Below are positions 37,476 to 47,867 of a DNA stretch of 64,000 nt, piece by piece. The DNA comes from an uncultured Ruminococcus sp. (GTDB lineage: Bacteria; Bacillota; Clostridia; Oscillospirales; Ruminococcaceae), in the NCBI GenBank assembly GCA_947566125.1, contig CANOIR010000003.1:3239-67238 (forward strand), read 5' to 3'. A model generated the notes under the pieces. That model was not told the DNA's origin, made no database searches, and worked only from the letters and a program-made list of their open reading frames with translations. Positions within the stretch are counted from its first letter, which is position 1; every line of letters begins with the position of its first letter. The position numbers and the translations under genes are program-made.

Positions 37476-40199
37476 TTACTTGAGCTTTATCATCTCTTTC
37501 ATAACACTCAAATCAAATATATTAAGTCTTTCGTCTTTACATACATCGCCTGCAAATGGTGCTGTAAGCTTTCCGTTATTCACGATATAGTTCTGCATCA
37601 TGATAATATCAAGCATACTGAATATGCCATCGGCATTTACATCGCCTATAACGGGCTTTTGTTCAGCAACTGTGGGTTCTAAAATAAACTTTTGTCCATT
37701 GCCACCCCAATAATTCCACTGACAAATATTTGCACCGTCATCAAGGCTGATTCCATAAACATCAGCACATGATTTACCTCCGGATATGGCACTTAAAAGC
37801 GTATATGTACCATCACTGTTACAATAAAGCTCAAATTTCTGCGAATCACTGCCGTTTAACTTTTCAAGATAAATGTTAGCACCATCGTCAGCAGAGCCGT
37901 TTTCCACTGTAAGAGCAAGTCCGGATTCTGACTGAATGGTATATGTACCATCACTTTGTTTTGTAAATGTCCAGTTTACCTCAGCTCCTTGAATTGCATT
38001 GCCGTTGTTTTCAGCAATAAAGCGTCCACTGTTCAAATTTCTTATGGCATATGTTCCATCGCTTACCATAGGGCAAACAGGTGTAAGCTTCCACATCTGA
38101 CAAGCTCCACCCCAATAATTCCACTGTTTTATAACTCCTCCGTTTTCATTTGACCAATCATATACATCAAGACCGGATTTTTCTCCTGAACACTTGGAAA
38201 CGATTCCGCAAAATGCTCCATCTTGAACTATTCTAAAAAGCTGATTGTCAGAACCGGTGTAAGTTTGAAGTTCCACATTAAAGCCATCAGAGGCATCATT
38301 ACCGGCAACAGCAATACACTTTGATTCATCTTTCATAGACAAAAGCTTGCAATATGTATCGTCAACAGCAACTATTCTCCATTCCTGATGACTTCCTCCG
38401 CCAAGTCCCCACTGCTGTATCTGTGTTCCTTCATCTGCCGCACCATCTTTCAGGTCAATGACCTTTCCGCTAAATTTATTTGTTATATAATAAGGAATTC
38501 CGCTTAAAAATGATGTATCACTAAGTTTGGAAGTACTGCCTATTCCCTGAACAGAACTTGAATTGTAAATCAACTTACTATCCTTATTTTGAGAATTTAT
38601 CATATCACTTGAAAAATTGTATGCATCCTTTTTGCTGCCCCAAATACAAGTATTATTTCCCGAGGCAGTAAAAGTCATTTTCTTAATCATATTTACCGAC
38701 TCATCAGATTGTACAACAAAACTGCCCTTATATGTTACACCATTATATGTAAATGTCATTTCAGCAGAATCCTTTGACATAGTCCATTTTCCAGCTATAT
38801 CACCTGTTACCGTACCGTCAGCATTTAATATAATATTCTGAGAATACTGAACTTCCGCATTATTGCCGCTTGTTACTTGGTCAGCAACAATTTTTTGATT
38901 AAGCTTATGAAATATAAACTCATAATCGCCCGTAACAGCGTCCATAGTATGCGGTGCATTTGAAGCCTCTTCACCGGGAACATATTCATAAGGCGTTGCA
39001 ACAGGCCAGTTGTCCTCATTCATTATAAGCTGATGAACACGAACCTCGTGGAAGCCATATGCATCGTCAAATTTATTGTGATAAATTACAAAAAGCTTGC
39101 CATCATCATCCATAAGAACTGAATTATGTCCTTGTGCTTTATTTGGGCGGTCATTACAGTTCCATTTATAGTTGCTCATAAGACGCATACCAATATTGCC
39201 GCCAATATTGTCACCTCCGGTTTTATAAATTGCAGAATTTCCATTTTGATCTAAATATGGTCCAGATGGATTTTCGCTTCTAAATATACGCATATTATAT
39301 CCGCCGTCATTATTAAAGCATCCATAAGACACAAATAAATAATAATATCCCTTGCCTGTTTCAGAATTTTCCATGTATTCTATATAAGGACCTTCTCCGG
39401 AAACCCAGTGACCGCCGGCAGCTTTAATTCCCATATATGCATCTGAAACATCAGCAACTGTGTCATACTTGACATTATAATCACGCAAGCCCGTATTTTC
39501 ATCAAGTTCAAGCATAAAAAGTCCGCCAAACCATGAACCATATATCATCCAGAGATTTCCGTTCTCATCATAAAATACAGCAGGGTCAATCGCATTTGTG
39601 CCATAATTTGGATTCCATGAACCATTTCTATCAAGATAACGTGAAAGGTCAGGGTTATTTCCCAAAACTTTTGGCACATCTGTTTTTGAATAATTAAATG
39701 TACTTGTATTATCAAATCCAGAATACACAATTGTATCAACATATGTATAAGGACCGTCAATATTATCTGCTGTACACATTACAATTGATGATTTATAATT
39801 ATCACCGTTTATACTTAGATACATGCAATATTTACCGAGCACCTTATTGTAAACAATATCTGGTGCCCAAAGGTTTCCTGACAAATCATAATTTTTATTG
39901 GATGGCGATGACCATGCCGCAGGCACTGCAAGATCAGTATATATATCTTTGAAAAATGTAGTATTTTTAGTTCCTGCATTTGAATTTGCGGTAAATGTCC
40001 AGCTTCCAAGATCCTTGGAACGTGCGGCAGCCAAATGTGAGCCGGCAATATAATAACTGCCATCCTCTAATTTTACAATTGACGGATCATGTACACCTAC
40101 TCTTGCATGATTTGCAGCAGAAACAGAACTGTTTGAAAAAGCACTGCTAAACATAATGGTACTTGCAATCAGTAGCGATGCTGTTTTTTTTAATCTCAT
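37476..40199 (-). CDS. GH43 (endo-arabinanase-like) + GH43 C-terminal domain + ricin-type beta-trefoil (CBM13-like) modules + dockerin
   Basis: HDPSI, WAPD, AIDP, GEGP and GHNS motifs; QxW repeats (QQW, HQEW, NQLF, CQMW); C-terminal GDVNADG...GDVCKD dockerin. Confidence 0.9.
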   Translation of the reverse strand: MRLKKTASLLIASTIMFSSAFSNSSVSAANHARVGVHDPSIVKLEDGSYYIAGSHLAAARSKDLGSWTFTANSNAGTKNTTFFKDIYTDLAVPAAWSSPSNKNYDLSGNLWAPDIVYNKVLGKYCMYLSINGDNYKSSIVMCTADNIDGPYTYVDTIVYSGFDNTSTFNYSKTDVPKVLGNNPDLSRYLDRNGSWNPNYGTNAIDPAVFYDENGNLWMIYGSWFGGLFMLELDENTGLRDYNVKYDTVADVSDAYMGIKAAGGHWVSGEGPYIEYMENSETGKGYYYLFVSYGCFNNDGGYNMRIFRSENPSGPYLDQNGNSAIYKTGGDNIGGNIGMRLMSNYKWNCNDRPNKAQGHNSVLMDDDGKLFVIYHNKFDDAYGFHEVRVHQLIMNEDNWPVATPYEYVPGEEASNAPHTMDAVTGDYEFIFHKLNQKIVADQVTSGNNAEVQYSQNIILNADGTVTGDIAGKWTMSKDSAEMTFTYNGVTYKGSFVVQSDESVNMIKKMTFTASGNNTCIWGSKKDAYNFSSDMINSQNKDSKLIYNSSSVQGIGSTSKLSDTSFLSGIPYYITNKFSGKVIDLKDGAADEGTQIQQWGLGGGSHQEWRIVAVDDTYCKLLSMKDESKCIAVAGNDASDGFNVELQTYTGSDNQLFRIVQDGAFCGIVSKCSGEKSGLDVYDWSNENGGVIKQWNYWGGACQMWKLTPVCPMVSDGTYAIRNLNSGRFIAENNGNAIQGAEVNWTFTKQSDGTYTIQSESGLALTVENGSADDGANIYLEKLNGSDSQKFELYCNSDGTYTLLSAISGGKSCADVYGISLDDGANICQWNYWGGNGQKFILEPTVAEQKPVIGDVNADGIFSMLDIIMMQNYIVNNGKLTAPFAGDVCKDERLNIFDLSVMKEMIKLK

Positions 40200-40404
40200 A
40201 AAATTTTACCTCCTATTATTTTTAAAACAATTCAGAATAATAATTATTTATTATATATACATTATATACTCAACAGTAAAAAAATAAAATGACTTTTTAC
40301 ATCAAAAATATTGCATAATGCATTATTTTTAAGGCTGTTTAAAAAATAAAATTATAAAATAAAAAAGTCATGCGGCAAAAACAAACCACATGACTTTACA
40401 CTTT

Positions 40405-40480
40405 TGGAGCTTGTGACGGGATTCGAACCTGCGACCTGCTCATTACGAATGAGCTGCACTACCAGCTGTGCTACACAAGC
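40405..40480 (-). tRNA. tRNA-Thr(CGT)
   Basis: GCTTGTG/CACAAGC acceptor stem, GCTCA-TTCGTAA-TGAGC anticodon arm, GTTCGAATC T-loop, encoded CCA, 76 nt. Confidence 0.96.
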
Positions 40481-40720
40481 TTATTTAATGTGTGTATTAT
40501 ACCATATAAATACAGCTTTGTCAATAGATATATAATTTTTAATCACAGCACGTTCCAGACCTTAAATATTTCGGCGTTTTGACAGGATTTTGCGTAAATT
40601 CTTCGTTTGTATGGTTCTTTCTACAAAAAAACTTAGAAATTCCCAATTTGTTATTGAATTCTATTTCAGAGTGTGTTATAATAAGTATAACTAATTTTTA
40701 GTCTAAAGGAAGGTTTCATT

Positions 40721-42103
40721 ATGAAAAAGAAGAACAAGGCTACCTCCATACTTGGAGTGATCGTTTCCATCATCTTAATTATTGTTGCCGCTGCAACACT
40801 GTTTACGACAGTTCTTTTTGCAAGAAAGGATACGCCTGAGCTTTTTGGGTACTATCTATATATGCAGAAAAGTTCTGCCATGGAAGTTTCTGACTTTGAA
40901 GATGATTCAGCATCCATTCATGCAGAAACAGTTGTATTCTCAAAAGCATATAACGGAACTGATCCGCTGTCAGTAAATAATGCTGTTTTATGTGTGCTTG
41001 GTCCTGATGATGCTTCTCCGATCGAGGACAAGGATTCAGACGGTTATGCGATCCGCAGAATACTTAGAATTGAACCAAATGAAGAAACCGGCGAGCTTAT
41101 GTATTACCCTACAACAATGCAGCAAGACAGCGTAGGAACTGAACCTGCTATTTCAGGCTCATCTATCATTGGTATATGTGAGTTTGAACATGCCGGTTTG
41201 TATTCATACATCAAATTTGTCCAGACTATCCCTGGAATTATACTGCTGCTTGCACTTCCATGTATACTTCTTATAGTGATGATAATAGTAAAATGCGTTC
41301 GTTCCAGAAGCCGCAGACTTGAAGAAGATGAATATGCATTTGAAGAAAGCTATGACGAAGTTCCAGGCGAAGATGTGTATGACGAAGATGAATATGATGA
41401 TTATGACGATTATGATGATGGCGAATTCGATGAAGCTATGGATAATGATAGCGATGACTTCGATGACAATTATGATAAGAATTACACTTCGGAACAGACA
41501 AAGCCGCTCTATACTCCTGACATCACAAACACAAGCACACTTGACCGCAAGCGTGTATCAATTGCACAAAACTTCACTCCAAAGGCTGTAAATCCAAATT
41601 CACCTTATCAGAAGGCTCGTACAATGCAGTTCAAAGCACAAAAGGATATACCGATTCTGAGCAATGCACCATATGAACAGCCGGTTCAGCCTCGTCCGGA
41701 AAATGAATATGTCGGCAAGTATTCAAATAATACACAGAATATACCGCCTATACATGAATCCCCTGTTACATTTGCTCATGATGATCAGCCTGCTCCAGCT
41801 CAAGTACAAACACCATCTTATCATGGCACTCACGAAGCTGACGGCACATCAAGCGGCAAAATATTCCGTAAAAACAGTTCAATTTCATCATTTAAGAAGC
41901 CTAATGTTGACGATATATTAAATAACGACCCAATTACAAGAACTACAGCTGAAGTACCAGCTCGTGAAGCTGCACCGGAAACACAGAGCTCTGCTTCAAA
42001 AAAGAATTACTTCCAATCATCTAAAAACCGCAGCGAATCTGTAAACAATGCCTCTATAGACGACCTGCTTGAAATGATTGAAAATCAAAAGAAAAGATCT
42101 TGA
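40721..42103 (+). CDS. Membrane protein with degenerate signal peptidase I (SipW-like) module and long acidic disordered C-terminus
   Basis: TM - FGYYLYMQKSSAME - AIRRILRI - SIIG - TM layout, then D/E/Y-rich and P/Q/T/S-rich tail. Confidence 0.55.
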   Translation: MKKKNKATSILGVIVSIILIIVAAATLFTTVLFARKDTPELFGYYLYMQKSSAMEVSDFEDDSASIHAETVVFSKAYNGTDPLSVNNAVLCVLGPDDASPIEDKDSDGYAIRRILRIEPNEETGELMYYPTTMQQDSVGTEPAISGSSIIGICEFEHAGLYSYIKFVQTIPGIILLLALPCILLIVMIIVKCVRSRSRRLEEDEYAFEESYDEVPGEDVYDEDEYDDYDDYDDGEFDEAMDNDSDDFDDNYDKNYTSEQTKPLYTPDITNTSTLDRKRVSIAQNFTPKAVNPNSPYQKARTMQFKAQKDIPILSNAPYEQPVQPRPENEYVGKYSNNTQNIPPIHESPVTFAHDDQPAPAQVQTPSYHGTHEADGTSSGKIFRKNSSISSFKKPNVDDILNNDPITRTTAEVPAREAAPETQSSASKKNYFQSSKNRSESVNNASIDDLLEMIENQKKRS

Positions 42104-42131
42104 TTTATTTAATGTAAAAACATAACTAAGC

Positions 42132-42173
42132 AAAAAGCGTCCCTGATTCTGTATTGAATCAGGGACGCTTTTT
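42132..42173. terminator. Bidirectional intrinsic terminator
   Basis: A5-GCGTCCCTGATTC-loop-GAATCAGGGACGC-T5 between convergent genes. Confidence 0.88.
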
Positions 42174-42208
42174 ATTATTCGATTTGTTATTTTTGTTATT
42201 TTTAATCT

Positions 42209-42820
42209 TTAACCAATCGTTCTCTTTACAGATTCAACTATTATATCGGAACAAAGATCTATTCCAAGTGTACTGCTATTAAGACAGAGTGCATAATTTG
42301 ACTTATCATACCAGTTTCCACCTGTATTTATACTATAAAATGTTTCTCTTCTCTTATCCGATTTTCTAAGCATAGCTTCAGCTCTTCTTGGCTCTATGCC
42401 GTAATTATCAACTGCTCTCCTAACTCTTGTTTCTGTATCAGCATATATAAATGTACTGAATGTTCTATCGAGTTCACGCAAAATATAGCTTGCACACCTG
42501 CCTACTATTACGCAATCTCCTTTTTCTGCCAGCTCTTTTATAATATTTGTTTCTACTATATATACTTTATCAGACAGTGGTAAATTATCTTCTATTGAAC
42601 GTGTTGGATTAGATGAAAGCATAAGTGTATATAAAAAGCTCTTTGGAGCGGCTTCTTCAGCACTTGCAAGATAATCTACAGATACACCGCATCTCTCTGA
42701 TGCCATCTCAAGTATTTCTCTGTTATAAAATGCTATTCCGAGTTTTTCTGCCACCTTTTGTCCTACTTCACGTCCGCCGCTTGCGTATTCTCTTTCGATT
42801 GTGATAATTCTGTTGCTCAT
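42209..42820 (-). CDS. Cytidylate kinase-like family protein
   Basis: IITIEREYASGGREVG, VIVGRCA, DKRRETFY and YALCLNS motifs. Confidence 0.85.
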   Translation of the reverse strand: MSNRIITIEREYASGGREVGQKVAEKLGIAFYNREILEMASERCGVSVDYLASAEEAAPKSFLYTLMLSSNPTRSIEDNLPLSDKVYIVETNIIKELAEKGDCVIVGRCASYILRELDRTFSTFIYADTETRVRRAVDNYGIEPRRAEAMLRKSDKRRETFYSINTGGNWYDKSNYALCLNSSTLGIDLCSDIIVESVKRTIG

Positions 42821-43035
42821 ATTCTAAGCTCCTTTCGTATTATATATGTGATTTCTCTATTATAGCATATTTTAATGAAAAAATCATTAGTTTTTTTATA
42901 TTTTCTATCAATAAAAACAATTTTCAGCAATTTCAACAACTGTAAAGCTATCGTATTATGCACATTGTAAACATTTTACAGGTAAATGATTACTTTTTAT
43001 TGCTTTTTATGAATTATAAATAATTAAATCTTATC

Positions 43036-45201
43036 TTACTCTGCACCACGCATTATAGCATTAACTATAGATGGATAATACCAAGTGCAATCTTTACGAT
43101 TTAAAAGACCAAATCCATTATCGCCATCAGAATTTACCGAACCATTGTCCCATATAAAACATTTTATTCCATTCTGCTTTGCACTCTTTACATAATATTC
43201 AATATGAGCTGCTCTATCTGCTGTATTATCATTCTTATTTACAGAACCGCATTCATCAATAATTACAGGAACACCCTTACTTATAAATGTATCTGCAAGA
43301 TATTTAAAGTTTTTATCAAGCTCTGCTTTATCAGCATCGCTACCCCATGTTGAACGGTCACTTTCAGTACCGCAAAAATCCCATGGTGCATAACTATGAA
43401 TAGAAACTATAATATGATCGTCATTCGGAACCTTAACATCATTTACCGCTGCTTCTGTTATAGATTGCGCATGAGATGTTACTATAAGAGTTCTGTCTGC
43501 ATTAAGTCCGCCGGTACTACGTACTGTTTCAACAAATTTTGCAAAAAGCTGATTTATAACATCTCTCTCTTCAGGAGTACCGCCACTCCATTCAGTTGAT
43601 GAGCCTACTACACGAGGTTCATTCATGCCTTCAAAAATAAGATGATGATCATATTCTCCAAAGGTGCTGCAAATCTGTTCCCAAATATGCATAAGCTTCT
43701 TTTCTACATTTGCTTGTTCACTATATGTAGGTGTGATCCATGTATAATCATCGTGATGCACATTCAATATAACGTACATACCGTCATTATATGCATAGTC
43801 AACTACTTCCTTTACACGTGACATCCATGCTGCATCAATAGTACCATCAGATGAAATATGATCACTCCACGTTACAGGAACTCTAACTGCATTAAATCCA
43901 GCATCTTTTACAGCATCAATCATCGCCCTAGTGGTCTTAGGATTTCCCCAACCGGTTTCTGTATCTGCACTGTTTGTATCGTAACTATCAAGAGTATTTC
44001 CAAGATTCCAGCCTACTTTAATATCATTTACAATTTCAGCCGAAGACATTTTATTAACATCTTCAGAAGAGGCTGTTGTACCTGAGATTGAATCAAGCTT
44101 TTCATCATCTGTCACAGCATTTGTATGTGACATTTCTCCTGTAAAATTACTATAACGTACAGATACTCTGTCAAGAGTTACTGTCGGCTGATCGCTCCAC
44201 CAGAATCCAAGCATAACCTGACCATCCGGAGAAATATCTTCCTTTATATTATCCGGTACTATCCATGTAAGAGAAAGATTCGATGAATCTGTAATTACAG
44301 CAAAATCATTGCTCTGATACCAGTTTTCATCTGTTGCAGCTTTGCTGTTATCTTTAAGCGATATACCAAATGCTCCTGTAAACTTGCCCAAGCTGCCGCC
44401 TGAAGAAATATCAAATGTTACTGTTTGAAGTGTATCATCAGAACTTAAAAGCTCGGTCAAATCAATTTTGCCTGTTTTGGAATCTTCATCGCCAAAGCTG
44501 AGTGACTTAGCCGGAGATATAGCATTTTGACCATCTACAGGAACTTCAGCTGTTCTGGTATAATTGCAAACAATACTGCTCAAACGTACCTGTTGAACTT
44601 CGCTCCACCAATAACCGATAAGCACTTCACCGCCAGCATCAATATATGGAACAACATCTGATGGAACATTCCAAGTTATTTCAGCATACGCACCATTTAC
44701 CGCATATTCAAAATCATCTGACTGATACCAGCCTTCATCTGTTGCAGCTTTGCAGTCATCTGTTACAGATATACCACAAGCTCCTTTGTAATTCACCATA
44801 TCAGAAACATCGTCCGATGAATAGAAAATAAAGGTAAACGAATTTACAGTGTCACCTTCCTCTATCATATCAGAAAGTTTAGCTTTGTATGTATTAGTAC
44901 CATCTCTGTCAAGCATAGCGTCAATGTTGCTAAGCTCTGCACCAAGAGTAGTACTTACTGTTTCCATAGGACTTATGTGTTCTGTTGGTTTCTCTTCTTC
45001 CGATGCCTTTGTTTCTTCGTCATTATCTGAATCTGCCTTTTCGGCATCTGTTTCAGTTTCCTTTTCAGCCGCATCAGTAACTGCCTCTGTTGCCTTTTCA
45101 GTAGTACTGCTGCTTTCATTACTGCTTGAGGAACAACCAGAAAAAACTGTTCCAAAACACATAACAGCCATTGCCGCTGCAAGATATGACTTCCATTTCA
45201 T
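43036..45201 (-). CDS. Lipoprotein GH5 endoglucanase with two tandem CBM-like modules
   Basis: Lipobox FSGC; repeated KAATDE.WYQS...G(Y/F)WWS modules; GWNLGNTLD, RVPVTW, HH, FEGMNEP and IIDECG catalytic motifs; no dockerin. Confidence 0.9.
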   Translation of the reverse strand: MKWKSYLAAAMAVMCFGTVFSGCSSSSNESSSTTEKATEAVTDAAEKETETDAEKADSDNDEETKASEEEKPTEHISPMETVSTTLGAELSNIDAMLDRDGTNTYKAKLSDMIEEGDTVNSFTFIFYSSDDVSDMVNYKGACGISVTDDCKAATDEGWYQSDDFEYAVNGAYAEITWNVPSDVVPYIDAGGEVLIGYWWSEVQQVRLSSIVCNYTRTAEVPVDGQNAISPAKSLSFGDEDSKTGKIDLTELLSSDDTLQTVTFDISSGGSLGKFTGAFGISLKDNSKAATDENWYQSNDFAVITDSSNLSLTWIVPDNIKEDISPDGQVMLGFWWSDQPTVTLDRVSVRYSNFTGEMSHTNAVTDDEKLDSISGTTASSEDVNKMSSAEIVNDIKVGWNLGNTLDSYDTNSADTETGWGNPKTTRAMIDAVKDAGFNAVRVPVTWSDHISSDGTIDAAWMSRVKEVVDYAYNDGMYVILNVHHDDYTWITPTYSEQANVEKKLMHIWEQICSTFGEYDHHLIFEGMNEPRVVGSSTEWSGGTPEERDVINQLFAKFVETVRSTGGLNADRTLIVTSHAQSITEAAVNDVKVPNDDHIIVSIHSYAPWDFCGTESDRSTWGSDADKAELDKNFKYLADTFISKGVPVIIDECGSVNKNDNTADRAAHIEYYVKSAKQNGIKCFIWDNGSVNSDGDNGFGLLNRKDCTWYYPSIVNAIMRGAE

Positions 45202-45294
45202 AATACCATCTTCTCCTTAAATTATTATAATATTAAAAGAATCAGGCTGTTCTAAAAAGAACAGCCTGCATACTTTTTAACGTATTTTAACGTG

Positions 45295-46116
45295 TCAACG
45301 TGCACCTTTCTTTTCAAATACCACCTTGACAGTTTTAAGAATGAGCTTTAAATCAGCCTTTATAGACCGTTCCTTTATGTATCTGATGTCACTTTCAACC
45401 CATTCATCAAAAGGCATATCACTTCTGCCATTACACTGACAATAACATGAAAGTCCACCTTTTACCAGCAATCTCTGCATCTGATATGGTGTATATAAAT
45501 TTACTTCACGTGGCAGCGGTGGTCTTGGTCCTATAAGGGACATATCGCCTTTAAGCACGTTAAACAACTGAGGAAGTTCATCTATAGATGTCTTTCTTAA
45601 AAATTGTCCGATTTTAGTAACTCTTGGGTCATTTTCCATCTTGAATGCCAATCCGTCACGTTGATTTGTCTTTTGAACTTCAGCAAATCTTTCTTCAGCG
45701 TCCATACACATAGAACGGAACTTATACATATTAAATGTCTTGCCGTCCTTTGTAAGACGTACCTGTGAAAAAATAGGATTTCCTTTATCTTCACGGTAAA
45801 TAAGCAGAGAAACAATTCCCATAGGCACTGCCAATACTGCTAATCCACAAAGAGAACATATAATATCAAATGTTCTTTTGACTGCACGGTAAATTCTTCC
45901 TCCGCCAGGTTTAATATCACTGCTGCTAATAGTGTTTTTCACATTGTCAGAAAGTTTTTTAAGTGCTGCTTCATCAAAATCAATAACTGGATAATCAGTT
46001 ATTACGCTGTCGACAACTATTTTTTCAGATTTTTCAGATATGCGTTCAGGTGCATATTTTACTGAACTTCTAGATGCAAAAAAATCGTCATACAACGCTG
46101 TTTCGTTGCTGCTCAT
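45295..46116 (-). CDS. Priming glycosyltransferase (bacterial sugar transferase family)
   Basis: KRTFDI, YKFRSM, DPRVTKIGQFLRKTSIDELPQLFNVLKGDMSLIGPRP. Confidence 0.93.
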   Translation of the reverse strand: MSSNETALYDDFFASRSSVKYAPERISEKSEKIVVDSVITDYPVIDFDEAALKKLSDNVKNTISSSDIKPGGGRIYRAVKRTFDIICSLCGLAVLAVPMGIVSLLIYREDKGNPIFSQVRLTKDGKTFNMYKFRSMCMDAEERFAEVQKTNQRDGLAFKMENDPRVTKIGQFLRKTSIDELPQLFNVLKGDMSLIGPRPPLPREVNLYTPYQMQRLLVKGGLSCYCQCNGRSDMPFDEWVESDIRYIKERSIKADLKLILKTVKVVFEKKGAR

Positions 46117-46466
46117 AAAAAAATTCCTCCTTTATAATTTTTTCACTTAATCTATCCCTTGTTACAGCCCATAGGCTCGCCGCAGCATAACTCACCACAA
46201 AGCTATATTATACATTATAACATATTTGTTTCAAAAATGGAACCCTTTTTCCCTTAGTCAAAGCAACAATATTATTATCATCTTCATTTTTAATTTGTAC
46301 GCTTGTTACAAAACAGATACAAAATTATACAATTATTCACCTTTTGAGAAATTTCACTTTGCAGAAATTTGTTTTGATTGACAATAATAAAATTATGTGA
46401 TAAAATAAATTAAGATTTATTAAGATTTTAAAATCCATATTTATTATTGAAAGGAGTCCTTTTATC

Positions 46467-46892
46467 ATGGACGCTACAACTTTTCCAATTTCGCTTACAT
46501 ATCATATAGTATTCTGTGCTGTTGCCTGCATTTTCTTTGTGATTCAATACGTTCGTACAAAGAAATCATATCCGCTTCTTTTAGCTATAGGCATACCTGC
46601 ATCACTGTTTATATACATAAAGCCGGATAACAGCTCGCTTTTTTATACAGTAGGCGTTTTTGAAACGATTATTTTAATCGGTGCTTTAATATTTGCAATA
46701 ATAGAACGTAATCGCCGCAAGCAGGAAATCGAAGACACAACTCCGCTGCCTGATATTTCAGAAAAGCATACTGACAATGAAAATATTCAGCCTGAGCAGC
46801 CAGAAGAAAATTCTGAAAAAGCTCCTGAAGAAAATCAAAAAAACTCTGAAGAGCCAGAATCTGAAGAAAATTCAAACGGTAAAAACGAATGA
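46467..46892 (+). CDS. Hypothetical 3-TM membrane protein with acidic tail
   Basis: GAAAGGAG RBS, hydrophobic segments, E/N/P-rich C-terminus. Confidence 0.75.
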   Translation: MDATTFPISLTYHIVFCAVACIFFVIQYVRTKKSYPLLLAIGIPASLFIYIKPDNSSLFYTVGVFETIILIGALIFAIIERNRRKQEIEDTTPLPDISEKHTDNENIQPEQPEENSEKAPEENQKNSEEPESEENSNGKNE

Positions 46893-47845
46893 AAATAGTT
46901 ATAACTGACTGGCAGACAATGAACTGCAAAGATGAGATCTCTTATAAATGTTTTGAAAGCCTTGGAAATGTTTCTGCCTATCCACTTACTGCACCTGAAG
47001 AAACTGCAATGCGAATTGGTGATGCGGAAATTCTCCTTTGCAACAAAACACCCATAACAGCTGATGTAATAAAACAATGCGGCAATCTTCGATATATAGG
47101 GATTCTTGCTACAGGATATAACAACATCGATATGGCTGCTGCCGCAGATGCCGGAATAACTGTTTGCAATGCAGGAACATATTCAACTGATGCTGTAACT
47201 CAGTATGTATTTGCACAGATACTTTATCATTACAATAAGATTCATTTATATGATGAAAGTGTGCGAAACGGTGACTGGATAAAAGCTCCTGCATTTTCAT
47301 ATTTTCCATTTCCTGCATATGAACTAAGCGGTAAAACCCTTGCAGTTATCGGATATGGAAGCATTGGCAAAAAGGTAGCAAAAATAGGCGATTCATTCGG
47401 TATGAATGTAATTATAAGCACACGAACCAAACCGGAAAACTGCCCATTTAAGCTCGTAAGTATACAAGAAGCATTTTCAAAAGCTGATGTACTTACTATA
47501 CATACTCCATTAACATCAAAAACAAAAGGGCTTGTTTCAAGAGAAAATATTGCTCTTATGAAGCCTTCTGCACTTCTTATAAATTCATCAAGAGGTCCTG
47601 CTGTAGATGAGTACGCTTTAGCAGATGCTCTCAAAAAAGGCATGATCGCAGGAGCAGCAGTTGACGTTCTTGAAAAAGAACCTATGGACAGCGAATGTCC
47701 TTTAAAGGACATTCCAAACTGTACTATAACACCGCATATTGCTTGGTCACCTATTGAAACAAGACAAAGACTTCTCGATATTGCATATTGTAACCTTAAA
47801 GCATACCTTCACGGGAAACCACAAAATGTAATCAGTATATATTAA
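46889..47845 (+). CDS. D-2-hydroxyacid dehydrogenase
   Basis: ATGYNNID, GYGSIG, LINSSRG, DVLEKEP and TPHIAW motifs. Confidence 0.92.
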   Translation: MKIVITDWQTMNCKDEISYKCFESLGNVSAYPLTAPEETAMRIGDAEILLCNKTPITADVIKQCGNLRYIGILATGYNNIDMAAAADAGITVCNAGTYSTDAVTQYVFAQILYHYNKIHLYDESVRNGDWIKAPAFSYFPFPAYELSGKTLAVIGYGSIGKKVAKIGDSFGMNVIISTRTKPENCPFKLVSIQEAFSKADVLTIHTPLTSKTKGLVSRENIALMKPSALLINSSRGPAVDEYALADALKKGMIAGAAVDVLEKEPMDSECPLKDIPNCTITPHIAWSPIETRQRLLDIAYCNLKAYLHGKPQNVISIY

Positions 47846-47867
47846 AAATGAAAGGTATCTATAAAAT

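Noticed and set aside
40200-40720. tRNA-Thr as an island integration site
   Set aside because: No integrase and no duplicated tRNA 3' end seen in the window, and the flanking genes look native
46150-46200. ops/JUMPstart element before the sugar transferase
   Set aside because: No GGCGGTAG core; only GCTGTAA is shared. Kept only as a generic hairpin.
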